A stretch of DNA of 64,000 bases from Kudoa neothunni (lineage: Eukaryota; Animalia; Cnidaria), in assembly GCA_964304625.1 (NCBI GenBank), contig OZ199839.1, positions 7,342,407-7,406,406 of the forward strand, written 5' to 3'. Each line of letters starts with the position of its first letter. Within the stretch, counting starts at the first letter, position 1. The notes under the pieces were generated by a model, which worked only from the letters and a program-made list of their open reading frames with translations, did not search any database and was not told the DNA's origin. Made by a program: the position numbers and the translations under genes. Below are positions 26,350-41,700 of this stretch, piece by piece.

Positions 26350-27323
26350 AAACTACGCGTAAAATTCCATCTAAAGATGCCGTAGTTCATCAACCAACAT
26401 GACAAAACTTCCCGGATTATTTTGTTACCGCAATCTTTTCCATACCATCAACAAGGTAAAACTCGCATTATTTGGTCGAATCTATGTAATGAGAATAAAT
26501 CTCGATATATCTTTCCTTCCTTCTAACCCAAATATCTCTTTAACCGATCCTCGATTATCCCTGGGATATCCCATCAGAAATAAACAGTTAATGAACCCAT
26601 CCAATTCAATCCATTTATCACCAAAAATTTTTCCGCCGAAAAAACTGGATATTTTAAAATAATTTCGTGCATAATAGAATTAATCATTATGCTGAAAGTA
26701 CCAATTGTATTTTGTTACAACAACGGAGAAACACCAGGACAACTATCCATAATATTTGCAATACATGTTCTATATGCAAACGGCGGGTTCATCGACCGTA
26801 ACGTTGTTCCGTTCTTGTGTATTAATGAGTTAAGTTGTATATCTGTATCGATATCATTTTTTTCCAAAGATAAATAATCATAAAATGGAAAAATGAATCT
26901 GAAGACTCGGTATCGGAGTAATTACTATTAAGATCACTTGGACACAAATTGAAATTAATTATGGTGCATGAGCGATGAAGATTAGGATATGATATTCATG
27001 CAATAAAAATATATTTACTCAATAGAGTTTTTTCAAAGTTTTCCCAAACATTTAAATAACTATTTTGAATAATTAGATGAACAAAAATCGAGAGGTCTTT
27101 CGGACCCCAATTTTACTTTTTACTTTCTACTTTCTACTTGGAGGGTGTTTTTGCATTAATTTTTTGTCTGCGAATGAAAAAGTTTGTTGATTCGACGCAT
27201 TTTACCACAGAAAATTTTATTGGAAAAGACCGACTGCCGAAAATTTCCCAAAAAATTAATGTGGTAGAAAATTGATTACTAATGACGCCTGGAGTCCAAA
27301 AGACCCCAATTATACCTAGGGGA
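26350..27323 (-). mobile_element. piggyBac transposase remnant
   Basis: Minus-strand fragments NIMDSCPG, IELDGFINCLFLMG and RFDQIMRVL resemble the piggyBac N-terminal region. End TTAA|TCCCCTAGG at 27327-27315. Confidence 0.5.
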
Positions 27324-28943
27324 TTAATCCAAGCAGTCAATTCCCGCAATTGGCTCGGTTATAAGAATAAACGAAATGGCTATTTGGAACGATAAATAAT
27401 ATTCAGTTAACACTAGTTTTGACTATTCTTTATTATTTCTAATCCCTAAGAACGAAGGATTGGAATGAAATAACTTGATTTAGCAAAATCTAAAAAATTA
27501 AATCTGAATATAAATTTTGAGTAAGAGTTGATGGGATTAAAAATTGTCATTATGCAAGCGTGTGTGCTTGTTAGGACCAGAATTTACCCCCCCAAATAGT
27601 CCTCTGCTGTAGCTTGACTTGAAAATTTCAGGATTCGGGATTTTTATTCAAAAAAATTGCTAAATTATTCGTTCTCACATTATTTTGAGAGGTAATTAAC
27701 ATTCTTAGATTAACTTTGTGCTCTGTTGGGGGCATCTTTATGAATTCCCCTTGTCAATAATTAATAAACATTTTTCTCAAAAATAAATGTACTTTTTTCA
27801 CTTGATGGTCCTGTTTTTATAAACACGTCTGCATCCACGACCATCATTCAAATCAAGTGAAAGAAGACACACGGCATCTTGCTTATTCGGAAGTCGGTGA
27901 ACGAATCGAAGTGCGTTTGGAACGCTCGGAGAAAGATCATCATAGTCGTCACTGTTTTAGTACTTTCATATTTTAAAATAAATATTCGGTGAAAAAATCG
28001 AACCTGTTATCAAAAATTTGTTTCCCCCGTAAAATCCCAAATTTATAAAATTATTCCGGATTCGTGATTAGCTACTCCCGAAATTTTCAAGTTTTAACTA
28101 TAGCTAAACTAGTATAAAACCTCAAGGTAACTATGAATTTGGCTTCCAAGTTAAGGGGATAAATTTCGTTTTTTCATCAGGATGGGAGGGTAAATTTGAA
28201 AAAACGATTTTGAACCCCCGACCTAGATGATATCATCATATTTTCGACCGAATGAAAAAAGACATATTAAACACTTGAAAAACGTACGCATCTGTTTTAG
28301 ACTGAGAAAATCCACGCATTAATTATACTAAAATGACGTTCGCAATCGCCCGAATATTATATATAAAAAAGAAAACTATTATAAATACTACAAAATCTAT
28401 TTTAATAGTTTATAGTTTAAAACAGATTAAAATTCAATTGGATATCTAAATATCCATTGCTCATTGGTACGCCTTTTTTCCAATATAAATAGCGTATGGA
28501 CCTTTAATTTAGATGTTGCGGTTGCAGAGACACTGTGTTTTTAAAAAATAACGACCAAATCGTCTCTATAATTCTCATTAAAATTATATTTTCAGATCCA
28601 CTAAATTTTTCGATTTTATTAAAAACTAAAAATGAAGGTTTTTATCATTTCAATAAAATTTGTGACAGAAAATAAAATACACCTTATTCGAATTTAGTTG
28701 ATGTTTTACAATAACATTCGAAAAACTTATTCAATTAAATAACTTAATAAAATTTTCTGGGTAAATGGATAATAAAATAAATTATTTGATTTATTTTACT
28801 ACAATTGGATCCTATTTATCAAGCATTGCTGCAATGGAATTTAAATAATTTTTCAAATAACAACCAAAACGAGACCAAATAATGGCATATAATTATTACT
28901 AACTAGATAGGCAAGTATCCAAGTCAAATATCGAGTCCTTAAC

Positions 28944-29617
28944 TTACTCTTTGGGAAAATAACTCTTGATATAATTTTGGAAGTCAAAACACCGGACACA
29001 GAAGGGCTTCTTGGTGGCTGTCATCAATCGGGACATGTTGCTGATTGACACCATTGTTTCTTTTCCGATGGACATCAACAATACGCAAATACATGGATCA
29101 TCTTTGCATTGTTCCTTGATTTCCATAAGAGAGCTGTAGACCATTTTCTCCAAATTGATGGCTTTTTCGAATGCATCCTCCAATTTTATCTTGTCGTTTC
29201 CTGAGACGCATAAATCGGCCTTTTAAAAATGGTTAAAAAGAAAAGTTGACGAGCAAATATTCATTACTTTTATAGGGCTCAGAATGACACTTCCACCTCT
29301 ACAGTTGATAAATCCTACCACCTTGCACCATTTCAATTAATAATATTACAATAAGTGGGGAGTACTTTCTTGACGTGTTCGGCTTCTTCCATTGATTGTT
29401 GATTAAAAAATTCAACCACATTTGGAAGCGCTTGGTCCGGTCTATCGAAGTAGATGGCCTTTAAACATAGCAATTATTTTTTAAATTCTATGCATAAATT
29501 TACCAAGGATTTGTAAGCATACATTACAGTTATCTCCAAGTTGAGGTGTTTGTTTAACAGTTCCTCACTTTTCTTTGAGAGAGCCATGGAATCTTCCTTT
29601 CTGCGATCTGAACTCAT
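28944..29617 (-). CDS. Ferritin (cytosolic type, 178 aa, 4 exons)
   Basis: Exons 29617-29504, 29458-29366, 29321-29268 and 29219-28944 (introns 45, 44, 48 nt) give LNKHLNLEITVMYAYKSL/AIYFDRPDQALPN..QSMEEAEH/..NCRGG../..AINLEKMVYSSL..DPCIC. Introns 1 and 3 sit at positions equivalent to those in vertebrate ferritin genes. Confidence 0.92.
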
Positions 29618-32600
29618 ATTAATATTTTAGGTGTCCCCGACCAATACGAGATTTTATACAATCAAACTGCGATTTGTTGCAATCAGCGAGAGATTTATTT
29701 GAAACTATCAATGAGGTATTTTCACAACAAAAGTGAATTTTGTTGTTGCTATTGTGAAAACTATTGCAATCAATGCATAATTTTTGTGATCCATGTGAAA
29801 TTTGTTACTACCAACATAAGATTCAAGTGAATAACATGAGATTGAACTGCCGCCAGAAACTGTTTAAAATCTACTTTAATAATGTAATAATCGAATATTA
29901 AATAGACGAGAATTATTTTTGATCGATTTTGCTTCGATTTTTTGGTCCGTTAAATCAATAACATCATTCCGTGAAAAACTAGACATATTAGTTAAAGTAA
30001 TATAATTGAGATATTAGAAAATGATTTATTCGTCTGGCCTCTGATGATTAAATTATTTAACACCAACGGGATCTTATTTATCTGCGATAAGAAATATAAC
30101 TCGTGATCGTGGGAATCAAAAGTATTGTTAGAGTATACAACGGAGGGTATACGCATTTTCGGCAATGCAAACGACCCGTATGTTAATATTCAAAGAAAAC
30201 CTGATATTCTTACAATTCTCTGAGTTCATTTCTTATTTTAAAAATTTTATATGACTATTACATAAGATATCTGCTAAAAAATAATGTTTAGTAAATATTT
30301 TAACATCTCTTAAAATGAACGATTTTGTTTATTTATGCATGTTTTATGTTCAGGTCCAATTGTGACTTATCTTAAAAGCTTAGATTTAGCTTTTGGTTAG
30401 CGAAAAATATAGAATTAGATAAGGCAAGAGAATTACTGATTAAAATTGATATTTAGAGGAATTTGCTTGTAGTTTGCAAAACGTTTTAACCTATAGAAGG
30501 AGATTACTCTATATAATTGATAAAAAATACTAATTTCTGCGAAAAAAAATATTTTCAAGTTTGTATCATTATTTTTCATTAAAATAAACAGAAAAACGTG
30601 GAATAAGATTATTAAACTAAATGCTTAGTGAATATGAAAGGTGTATTTTTAAATTATCTACTAGCTTGTGTAAAAATTAAATGCAATAAGGGGATATTCA
30701 ACAATTTAAAAACTTTCAGAGCGTTCCAAGTATGAACCCTAAATGTCTACTGACTTTTAACTTAAGTAGAAATAAAACTCAATGTTGGATTGATCCACAT
30801 TTCAAGCTTATTTTGTTAAGTATCTCAATAACGTTCTAAAAATGACTATTATATGAAAATAGTCTCATTATTTCAATGTTTAAATGCCTCAATTCTTTTT
30901 TAAATCTAAAAGGAAAATGTATAGCAATTAAAAATTAATTTAAACAAACATCGATTCGATGGCAGAAAAGACAACTTTTATGAATCGTACGAAGACATAA
31001 ACGTTATTTTGGATCTTTAAAAGAACAAAATTAACCGGATTATATAACATAAAACGCGTTTTAAAATTCAATCAAAAAATTGTAAATTATAGAAACCAGA
31101 CGTTATGAATATAGATAAATTAGATGAGACTAACACTATTATAATGGGGTTATTAATTAGATATTATCTACACCAAGTTATTCCCAATTGAATTTTATTA
31201 TTCCAATCAATTTTTCATACATAACACAAAAACGTTACCCCTGAAAGATTTACCCTTTCGCTCCTTGGGCTTATGATAGTAAACCGTATAACTTTTTTTG
31301 TAAACAAAAATATTTAATAAATTTTTGTGTTAAGTTCTAATTTTTAATGCATTGAGAATTAATACTATTTTAATTTACAGCCACAGGCATGGTGTAAAAA
31401 TTTTGGTAACATTTTTTTCACCATTACAGAACCCTCTCTGTTCGCGTCCTGAGTGAAGTGAGCGTGGACCCCAAATCCGATTAAATTAAACCTAGTTTTG
31501 GATCAACACATTCAAAGCATCCATAAATTTAGGAATTCCTCTAAAAATTTAAAGCACTTGGATCGGTTTAAAAATATTACATTTAAAAAAATTAATATCG
31601 GAATAATATTAATGATTTTGGTGTCTACAAACAAAAGTACATTTCGATTTTAAAGAAAGCGTATATATCTCGAGAAAATATATTTTTCTCTTATATTTGA
31701 AGATTTGAAGATGTAATATTTCATTGGGTAAATGATGATTCTAAGCATATCTTAGAATTTCACCGTGGATTACCGAGCATTAATCCAAAAATAACTTTTC
31801 TTATTTTCGGATTTATTATTCGTTATTATAAACTTGTTACTAGAAGGATCTCAGTTGTTCCTCTGTAAAACTTTCAATTTTTATGATTTTTAGAGAGAAT
31901 CAATAATGTAATTTAAAAATCGTGGGATTTTCGGTCATTTCACTTAACTCTATAATTATGAAAACCTACTGCTCATATTATTAAATTTGCAAGATAAAAA
32001 TTTTTAAAACAGAGAAAGCTAAAGATTACATCTGAAATAACGCGACATACCTAGCGTTTTCAAATATCAAATTATGAATGACAAAAAAGAATGTATAACT
32101 CAAATTTTCAGCGTTAATTTGAACGTCACCTTTTATATATACTTTAGAAATTACGTTATACTCGCTACATCCAAGACACCTTTATTCAATTTAATCCTTT
32201 CATAGTTAAATTGTCGTCCCCCGATTTTATACGATAACGCTGCCGCCATCCACTCGGATCAATTTTACTTGCGATTTCCTCTTTTAAAGGGTCCTCATTT
32301 TCCGAACTACCTTGTTTTCAGATGAAATATATTCAGTTTTAATTGTTGTACAATTAAATTCTTCCTTAATTTTAAATAGCCAATTTTGGTGCATTATGGG
32401 ACATTGTTTTGTAGCCTAATAACGGTTCATAATTAATTTAATTTCCTATGCATAACATCTTATAAATAATTGAAAAATTGTTTTAAAGCATGGTACAAGG
32501 AAATTAAAAGCCATTTAGGTAGTTTTTTTCGGCACAGAACAGGAAGGGGTTCATGTAGGAACTGAAATATTATTTTATCATTTTTAAAATCAATTCTCTG

Positions 32601-35600
32601 AGTATAATTTAAAAAAATATCTTTCATCTCTTCGGATTTAGATATTATACTAAATATCTTTAATTCAATATATCAAGTTAAATGAAGTTAACCAAAAAAC
32701 CATGCCGCCATGACAATAAGCATTGAGTGATTTCATCGAATACTTTTAAGTATAGCGTCTCACCATATTAGTTTTCATCGGCATTAATGAGGATACTAAT
32801 TGCACTTTAAAAGTTGCTAACAATACAACCAGAGACATCCTAGACGAATGATTGTAGAGACTGTGGAGGATGAATCTATACTTTGAGTTGGATACAACTG
32901 ATTGGCGGAGTTTGGATTTTTTTATACAAATTATTCACAAACGAATCTTATCTCCAAAAAATCCACACAAATGTGATGATTAAGAATCCTGAAATTTTGT
33001 ATTTTGATGCTACGGATTTTTTATATTTGAACCCTTTCGTTCCGAAATTAATTTGTGTGTGCCCTAAAGATAGTATATTATGTAAAAATGGTTAATTATA
33101 ACAATTTCAAAAGTTAATACATTTAAAATAATTTTTATCAGCCATCAACCTCAAATTATATAAAAAATGCAAATTAAATAAAAATCCTATTCTCACACAT
33201 CATAACCATGTATTGATTTCACGCCTACATTAAAACACATAAAAGATTTATTTTGTATCTAATTTGTGGACAATTTCTCGATATAATCCATATGCTTACA
33301 TCAATAATTTTTTGGTGCATGTACGTCAATATTGATGTCAATTCTTCTTTTTCATAACTATTCCATAAAAAAAAATTTTTAAGTTTTTAATATTCAAAAA
33401 ATCAATTGAGTTTTAGTATATATATTTCTTCTGAAGTAAATATATTATATAGTAATAAATAATGTCAATAACGATTTATTTTCTAATATACACAATAATT
33501 ATTGCATCACTTTTTTAAATTATTATCTCAACTTTTTAAATACAGTAGTACAGTAATTAACCGATTTTTCACAGGTTTGTAAATATTACAATAAACGTTT
33601 TAGAAACATTTTAATTCCCTTCTGTTATAACGTTTGTGAAATTATAAATCAATAAAACGTTTTTATCCCTGTTTTTTCGACAAAACGTGGATTAACCGAG
33701 ATTGCGTACATTTTTTCCGCCTTTGATCCTATTTTTTCTCTGATGAGCACGTAATAAAAATAATTTTCCATTAGTTGGACCACAAATTTGTATAATGTAT
33801 GTATATTTTCCGTCTCATTCCCCTTAAACTGTTTTTAATAATCAATGTAAACGTATTGACGAGAATTCTTTTTTTCTTAGGGTACTTGTTGCATATCCTA
33901 TAATTTATATGGGTTCATAAGTGCCCTTAAATATACCATAAACTGAATGTAATATATTATTTAATATTATAATTAGAATAAAAAGGGTGTGGAATAATAT
34001 CGTTGTATAAATTTGTAGGGACAAACTAAATTTTTCATCAATGCGCGCGCGCACAGTTGCGAAAAATCGGTGGTTACTTACAATATATATCAATATTTTT
34101 AAACCATAAAAATTACACTTTAACAGAAAACCTGTATAGAATATATTTTGATTTTCCAAAAATAATTTACAATATTTAGAATGGCATTAATTCTAATTTT
34201 TCAATTTGTATTCTATTTTTAAAATTCGCTTAAATTTTTTTAATAAAAAATTACTATAACATTTTAATACTATTTTGGAAAAAGATTCAAAATAGAGTGC
34301 CATGGAGATGCAATTTTTTTCTCATGTTCATTCCAATGAACATTATATGCAGGAAACGACTAACAAATTCCAGGAACGAAATTAGTGCTTAACTTAAATA
34401 TATTATGAATTTATTTGTTTTAAAATAACGTACGAGTAGTTCCTAATCTACGGGATTTTATCGCCCGATGATTGATGATTACATGGATATTATGGTTTAG
34501 TTAAGTAAATTTGATGCTTGACAAAGTAAATAATATGTCCATCTCACCCAGTCACTGTAAGTTACTGTCAGATTGTGAATTTCAATGGGAAACTTTTATT
34601 TGCAGTTTTAACAATTTTATTCATTGAATAAACAAAATAAAGCTTATTTAAACGAATAATCTAGCATATGATAAAGAAACTATATAGAGGTACCCAATTG
34701 CTAAGATTAATGAATAAATTCAAAATATTATTATATCTATTTAGAACATGCGTTATAAACTAGAAAATTATTATCTGTAATAATTAATTAAAAATATCGA
34801 TGATACAATAATGATAGAATAGAAAGGTGTATGGCTTAATCTCGGACTGATTTCAACGTAACAAATTCTAGATGATACGTTTGTAAAGTAGTAAACTTTG
34901 GTATTACAATCAAATAGTAAAATCTTAGTTTTATCGATTATATTTCGTAAATAATTAGTTTCATCTTAAAATTAATATATTAATTTAGTTATTTTTTAAT
35001 ACAAATATTATTGTTTGTATTCAACGCTAATAATATTAATGTAATAATATCGATTTAATAAAATTACGGCTTTGCATCTTATACATAAAAACCCTCCTAA
35101 TGAATTGAGATAATTTGTTGAGAGAAAGTGATTATTTGGCAAGCCCAAATAAATCAAGTTATCCAAGCTAATAACAACATTCATTCAGATAATTAATTAC
35201 TAAATTAAAATAACAACAATATCTCAAGTATTCCAATATAAACAAGTTTACAATTGGTTAAATAAACAAAATAAATAAACGTTATGATCCTAGAATATTA
35301 TTTTAAATATGTATATTTAATTTGTTGATTAAATTAAAAGACGTACTCTCAATTATTAACTAATCTAATATGATGAAACTATTGTTTGTTTCGAGTTTCA
35401 TTTGATATTATAATTTGGAGTGTGCTGAAATGTATAAATGAATACATTGTTTATCAATATAGCACGCTTATTCGCAGTGGTTGCATCGATCTTGATCTGT
35501 TACTGGGAAAACTCAAGTAGATTATGCAACAAACAAAATTAAATTTGGATGCCACTCTTTCTCCACCCATAGCAGTGAACTAATAACAAACGAATATATA

Positions 35601-35762
35601 ACAAAAAACAACTTAGCAAGTGAGCATAGATCACCTGGATAGGTTATTAGGGGGATTAGGATTTGTGCGTGTTCATGGTAACCTGTTAATATCAGTCTTA
35701 GTATCTGATATATGGTATTATCGGAAACAGTTTTTGTGGGGTTGTTAAACTGTTGATTAGAG

Positions 35763-38700
35763 ATGCCGAAAAAACATCGAAAAGAGCGAAGGATACGAAT
35801 CATTAAAAGCTGTATAAACAACAGAAGATATGCCACGCCATCGAACCAAAGTGTTGTTTTGGAGTGTGCCGAAAAGTTGTTTAATGGTGAATTTATTTTA
35901 TCATTCTATTCGACGCACAATAACCAATCCATTTATTGTAAGAAACCGATTTGGCTCCAAAATGTCCTCTCAAAAATTACGTATATCTTCCGGGGAAGTG
36001 TTTCTACGTGGAGTCCCACCGTGACACCACTGTAAAATGTGACAAATGTGAGAAAAGATTATCAGTAATTTACAACAAAAAAATTATCATCTATAAACTC
36101 AATTCTATGTGTTCATTTGTGTAGATTAGAGATAGCATGTATTGCTTGGAATGTGGTCATTTTGTGTGCAAAAATGATATCAGTCATCATTCGCAGAAAA
36201 ACGGCACACATCAATGTTACATTGACATGTCATCTGAGGAGATATACTGTTTCCATTGTGACGCAGTTTATAACTCTTCAATGATTATCAACTACGTGGT
36301 TGATAATGACCAACCAGACGACAATGGTTGCCACTATTTGAAGGAGGACTATCCTCCTGGTTACAACAACATAGCTAATGGCAACAATATTATTAATAAT
36401 AAAAATATGAGTCAAACCGAAGTAGTGATTCGTATATCTCCTTCACCACCAATGGTAAGTATAATCGTGACAAATTTCAATCCAGTCTATAACCTCATTT
36501 GAATTCAGGGTTTGTTTAACATGGGTAAAACTTGTTACATCAATTCCACACTTCAGGTAGCTAGAAATATATATATATATATATATACATAAAGGTGGAA
36601 AATTCACATTGATATAGTGTTTGGTCAATTGTTTTTCATTTGTTTCCCTTCTTGATTGGTCGAGACATTCAACCATCCAATACGAAATGATTCCGAAACC
36701 TACTAACAGCTGTACCGACCTTTATCAGCCGTTGATTATTTCAAATCGATTCGGTCCGCCTGGAAATGTTTCGTATGAGTTGGCTCAACTTGTTGACATT
36801 TTAAAACCAACTCCACCCCATTGTCACAAAAAAATTATCAGCAATTTCGTAAAACCCGAAAATCTGATCAACACAATATGGAATAAGTATGTTGAAATAA
36901 TTGTTTAGATTAGGATCGGTGGTTTTCTATTTAGAATGAATTCGTTTTATGCTTACACTGAGCATGATGCTCACGAGTTTACATTGTCGCTGATTGATAG
37001 AATATGCAGTGAAGAACAGCGTCTAATTGAAATATTGACAAGCTTCAAGTTGGTTGATGCCCGAAACATGGACAAATCACACGACATTCCACTCGATAGT
37101 TTTGATCATTTTGAAAATAATAGTTCGGAGACTCTCACCGAAAACACCTCCGATATCGAAAGTAACCCACCCCTAATACAATATTGTCATGTGTGACTCC
37201 ATTGCCTAGTGAATACGAATACTAGTGAAACTTTATCGGTTGAAACGTTGGCGTCGGAATTAAAGGAATTTGATATAAATAAAAATGACACCAACCCACC
37301 TTTGACTGATCGATCATTACTGAACAATCTACTTTTATACAAACCTAGTGCTGCAGTGATTCGTGACTACAAACTAGTCCAGCCCAAACTCAACCAATGT
37401 TTCATGGGACGTATGGCCACTAATGTCACTTGTTTGGAGTGTAATTCAGTAAGTTTGAGTGATATTGCGATTTGTTCCAACCAATACGTATTCACATTGT
37501 TTCTCTCTTTTAGACAAGTACCACTGTGCATAATTTTATGGATATTTCCGTGAGTGTTCCTAACGAGGTAGTTTGATATTTTTGAATTAGTTAATCAATT
37601 ATTTTAAAAGCAAATTTATTAAGAATGTAATTTAATTGAAGTAGATTGTAATAAACATTGAAAATTATATTCGTAAGTGCGTAAAAACCTTTAATTCGGC
37701 ATATATTGTGATCGAATTTTTTTCTGTCGTCACTAGGTTCCTTATAATTCAATTTTAATTTGCTCTTCTTTTTTCCAGGTCAAGCTTTTACCTTCTATGT
37801 ATGATGAAGTAATTTTCATGTTTAATTGTGAAATTTAAAATTACAAATATAAAAAATAAAATAAACGATTATTTATAGTAGAGGATTTGAATTATTATAT
37901 ATTTTATGGTCGAGAAAAATTCTTATATAAGACTTGATTTTAACTAAATTTTTGTTTTAATTATTGAATATATTTTTTCATTGGCCAATTTTTATATCGA
38001 CCACTCATATTTCAATTAATTGCACTATTGTTTTTAATTAATATTACTTAAAAAATTTTTCGAATAGTTTATTTAAATAATAATAATAATCTATTTATCT
38101 ATTTCAAGAATAAATGTAGTGCAGTCGGAACTCGATTAGCCAGAATTCGCGCTATTCGGAAGATATTTTAAATTTTATTTGGATTTTATTGAAGTTATGT
38201 GTCAATAAATGTTCGATTATTCGGAAACCGGAAGAATTATTTAATCATACTTCCGGATAAAAATAGCACCCATCATCGTACGATATTACAATGTAGCACA
38301 TATACCAATGCAATATTTAAAACAAAAATATTTCTAGATTATTTATTAATAAATTTTTTTAATTTAAGTTTAGCATCCAGTTATTATATAAATTTGCACT
38401 ATACCTGAGCATATGCCTGCCTGTATGTATATTAAACAAACTTTAATTACCGATTATTTAAAAAAATAGATTATTCCTCTATATCTATATTTGTAAAAAC
38501 TGCCATAATTATGTACTGTTTTTCCTTGAATTCTCCATACTCTTGGTTAATAGATATAATAGATATGTCAACATTTTTAATCTAACTAGCAGAAATTAAA
38601 ATATTTTAATAAATAGTAAAAAATTGATTTTAAATCAAGCAAACAATCAAAATGAGCAAAAATTTCAAATAATTACGCACACACATGACATTATTTATGT

Positions 38701-41700
38701 TCGATTAATCGGAACGGAACCTCGCTGGTCCCAAATTTTCCGGATAATCGAGGTTCGACTGTACAATAACGTCCAATTAATGTTTGTGTAAACTTTAAAA
38801 TATTTAACAAGGGACGTTTAAATTTTAAAAATTTCAAATATACTGAGTCGTAGTTGATTCTTTCGCTCCGTTTGGAAAGCTCTGTATTTTGTGGACGGGG
38901 ACACACTTTACAAATTAGTATTTTTAACGACTTTGATCCCTATTTATAACGTTTGTCTTCAAAAATATGACAAAATCGTATATCAATTTTGATTTGAAAA
39001 AGTTTCTAGAGTTTAGATAGGAATAAGGTTTTTGTATAACAGCACAACGAAGAACCGCATTATGTTTTATTTTCAAAAAAACGTGATATAATTTTATATT
39101 GTAAATATTTATTGGGACAACGTTGAACAAATTCTGAGTGTTCTGGGGAATTTTTGGTTCGTGGCGAACAATTAATAAGTCCTAATTAGATTAGTGGTTC
39201 ATTTTTACTTTCTGATTTTTAAATTGATTTAAAGTGTAATCTATAAATTTAATTTTTCTTGGTGCTGGGAGTTTAAAAGGTAAAACGATCGGATTTTGGC
39301 TCCAGACTTTTAAAAATATGTACAGCTCCGTATTTCCGCCTGTTTTTAAGAATAATCTCTAATTTAATACACAACATAAAATCTCATTATGTTTCATTAG
39401 AGAGATCTGCTTTATTTTATACAAAATACAGTAAGTTTAAGATACGTTTTATTTTTATATTTTGTTGCAGTTAATTATTTCTCATCGTTATCAGCCTAGC
39501 GAATGATCAGAAATTATTAAATCTAATCACAACTACATAGAGGGGATATAATTTTTGAAGGGAAATAGAATAGGTTCGTTCATAGTCACTACTTCAGATA
39601 CAGTTAGGGAAGTTTTTCCCAATTAGGGTCATAGAAGATATTGTGTGGGTCAATTTTTTTTGGACTCGAGATATATTGATCCAATATAAATAATGTATTG
39701 AGTCAGGCTACTTGTTGTAGTTTTAAGAGTAAATAGCATATTTCAAGATGAACCACGGTAAAAAACTTATCTCATCATGCCACCTGAGCGACATACTCGT
39801 GTTCTAATCAAGAAATATTTTTTCTTTTTTTCATTCGTTTGCTTTTGGTGAATCTGAAACATTTTTTAAATTAAAAGCCGGCGTAAATGCATGTTGATTT
39901 TTATACTCATTAAATTATAAACACGTAACTATTAAAGTATTTCTTAATCCTATTTAATTTCATGATACACAGCGTTTTGATTTCATAATTTTTTCTATTT
40001 AGAATATTAAATAATTGAATAAAACTACTCAATAAATATTTAAATGATGAAAGAATTTCCAGAAAGTAAACTGAACATTAAAATTAAATATTAAAACTGA
40101 AATGTTGTAAATAATTTCAGTTTACTCGCAGAATTAATAACCTTAATCTAGACATTGTAAGCATTATTCATCTGAAATTACTTTACGGAAAGAATTTTGG
40201 AAATTCCTAACATTAATTTACATGAAATTAAAGATTTCTATTACTCAAAGTAATGTGCTTTTAATTATTGATACAAATATAATCTTCACGCCCGAACTAA
40301 ATTTTTTCACCATTCTTATATATCAGTCATATTGTTTATAATCAACGAATTAAATTCTTCAAATATTTCACTTAATATCATAAAAAATTATTACAGAATT
40401 AGATTTAAGTTATGTATGATTTAATAATGATAAATATTGTTTTTATACCCAATAATATAAGTAGGTATTGGAAAACGTACTACTTTTAATTTAGGAAGAT
40501 TTTAATGAATTATTTTAAAAAAATTATTTCACATATATTTTGTTAAAATTATAAAAACACAATACTAATTTTATATAACGTATTTAATAAAGAAAGTTAA
40601 ATCATCATGACAGTTGATGGGAAATAATGAATTTATATTTTTGTTTTAACTCCAAAATCAATTTAATAGAATTAAAAACTTAGTTATTTGTTTTTACAAA
40701 AAATTTTATGTTGACAGTTCGCTATATGTAGAAAAAAAATATATTTTACACCAAGAAACCAATCTATTGTAAATGAGACATGCGCACTTACTTGAAGTAG
40801 AGTGAACCTTCGATTATCCTGAAATTGTCTTATCTGAAAGACATTGAAAATAAAAATTTTATTTCTTTAATTTACCAAAAATCATACCACAAAATCCACC
40901 TAATATTTTGCACTTCTGGAAAAAAATTATTTATAAAAACATATTTTGTGTCCGTCGCATTGAATATGGAGTAAATATGTTAATAAATACTAGTAATTAT
41001 TAAATTTTTATTGATATCATTGAGTTCGAAAAACTAATTTCTTAACAACAACAAATAATCAATACTATAATGAGACAAATTATATTCAAAATCATTAAAG
41101 AGCAAAAATGATAAGTCGATGCAGGAGTAGCTTGATGGTTGAATAATATTATTTTAATGTGAAATATTAACGTTTAAAAAGTACAGTAATATTTTTAAAG
41201 TTAATAGAGTGAAAATAATTATGATATAAGTATACAATTTAAATTATTACATATAATACTGGATTAAATATTGCTAAAAATCAACTTTTAATTCGAGTAA
41301 ACATCTTCAATATTTACGTGGGCCACTGGATATTTTTTTTAAAAAGGTTGGGAAACACTGAGTTAGGGTATAAAATTTTCGAGGTAAAATTTGGTAGAAA
41401 CCTACGCTGTTAAATCAAACTGTAATAATTTTAAATTTAAGGTGTAAATGAACATTTATAAATTTTTTTTATAACTTCAATTTCTCATATATTTTCCTTT
41501 ATCGCTTTGTATGTAGAAACATTCCGTCTTTTGCGAAAGATACAGCTTTTCTTTTGGTACATTACCGCAACAATCTAATAATTCATTAACACAAGACGAA
41601 AGGTATCTCTTTTGTGGTGGCTGTTGACTGGATTTTTGATAAAGTATCAACGAATGCAAACCCGAGTCTTCGTTTAAGAAACTTTTTCAGAAACGAGCAA

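Noticed and set aside
28140-28200. Minimal hammerhead ribozyme (CTGATGA...GAAA on minus strand)
   Set aside because: Stems I and III cannot be formed.
29618-29900. Iron-responsive element upstream of ferritin
   Set aside because: No CAGTGN-loop hairpin seen on the sense strand.
30000-35500. Short ORFs and faint transposase-like traces in the ferritin-USP intergenic region
   Set aside because: No convincing motifs, termini or splice-consistent frames; probably old TE debris.
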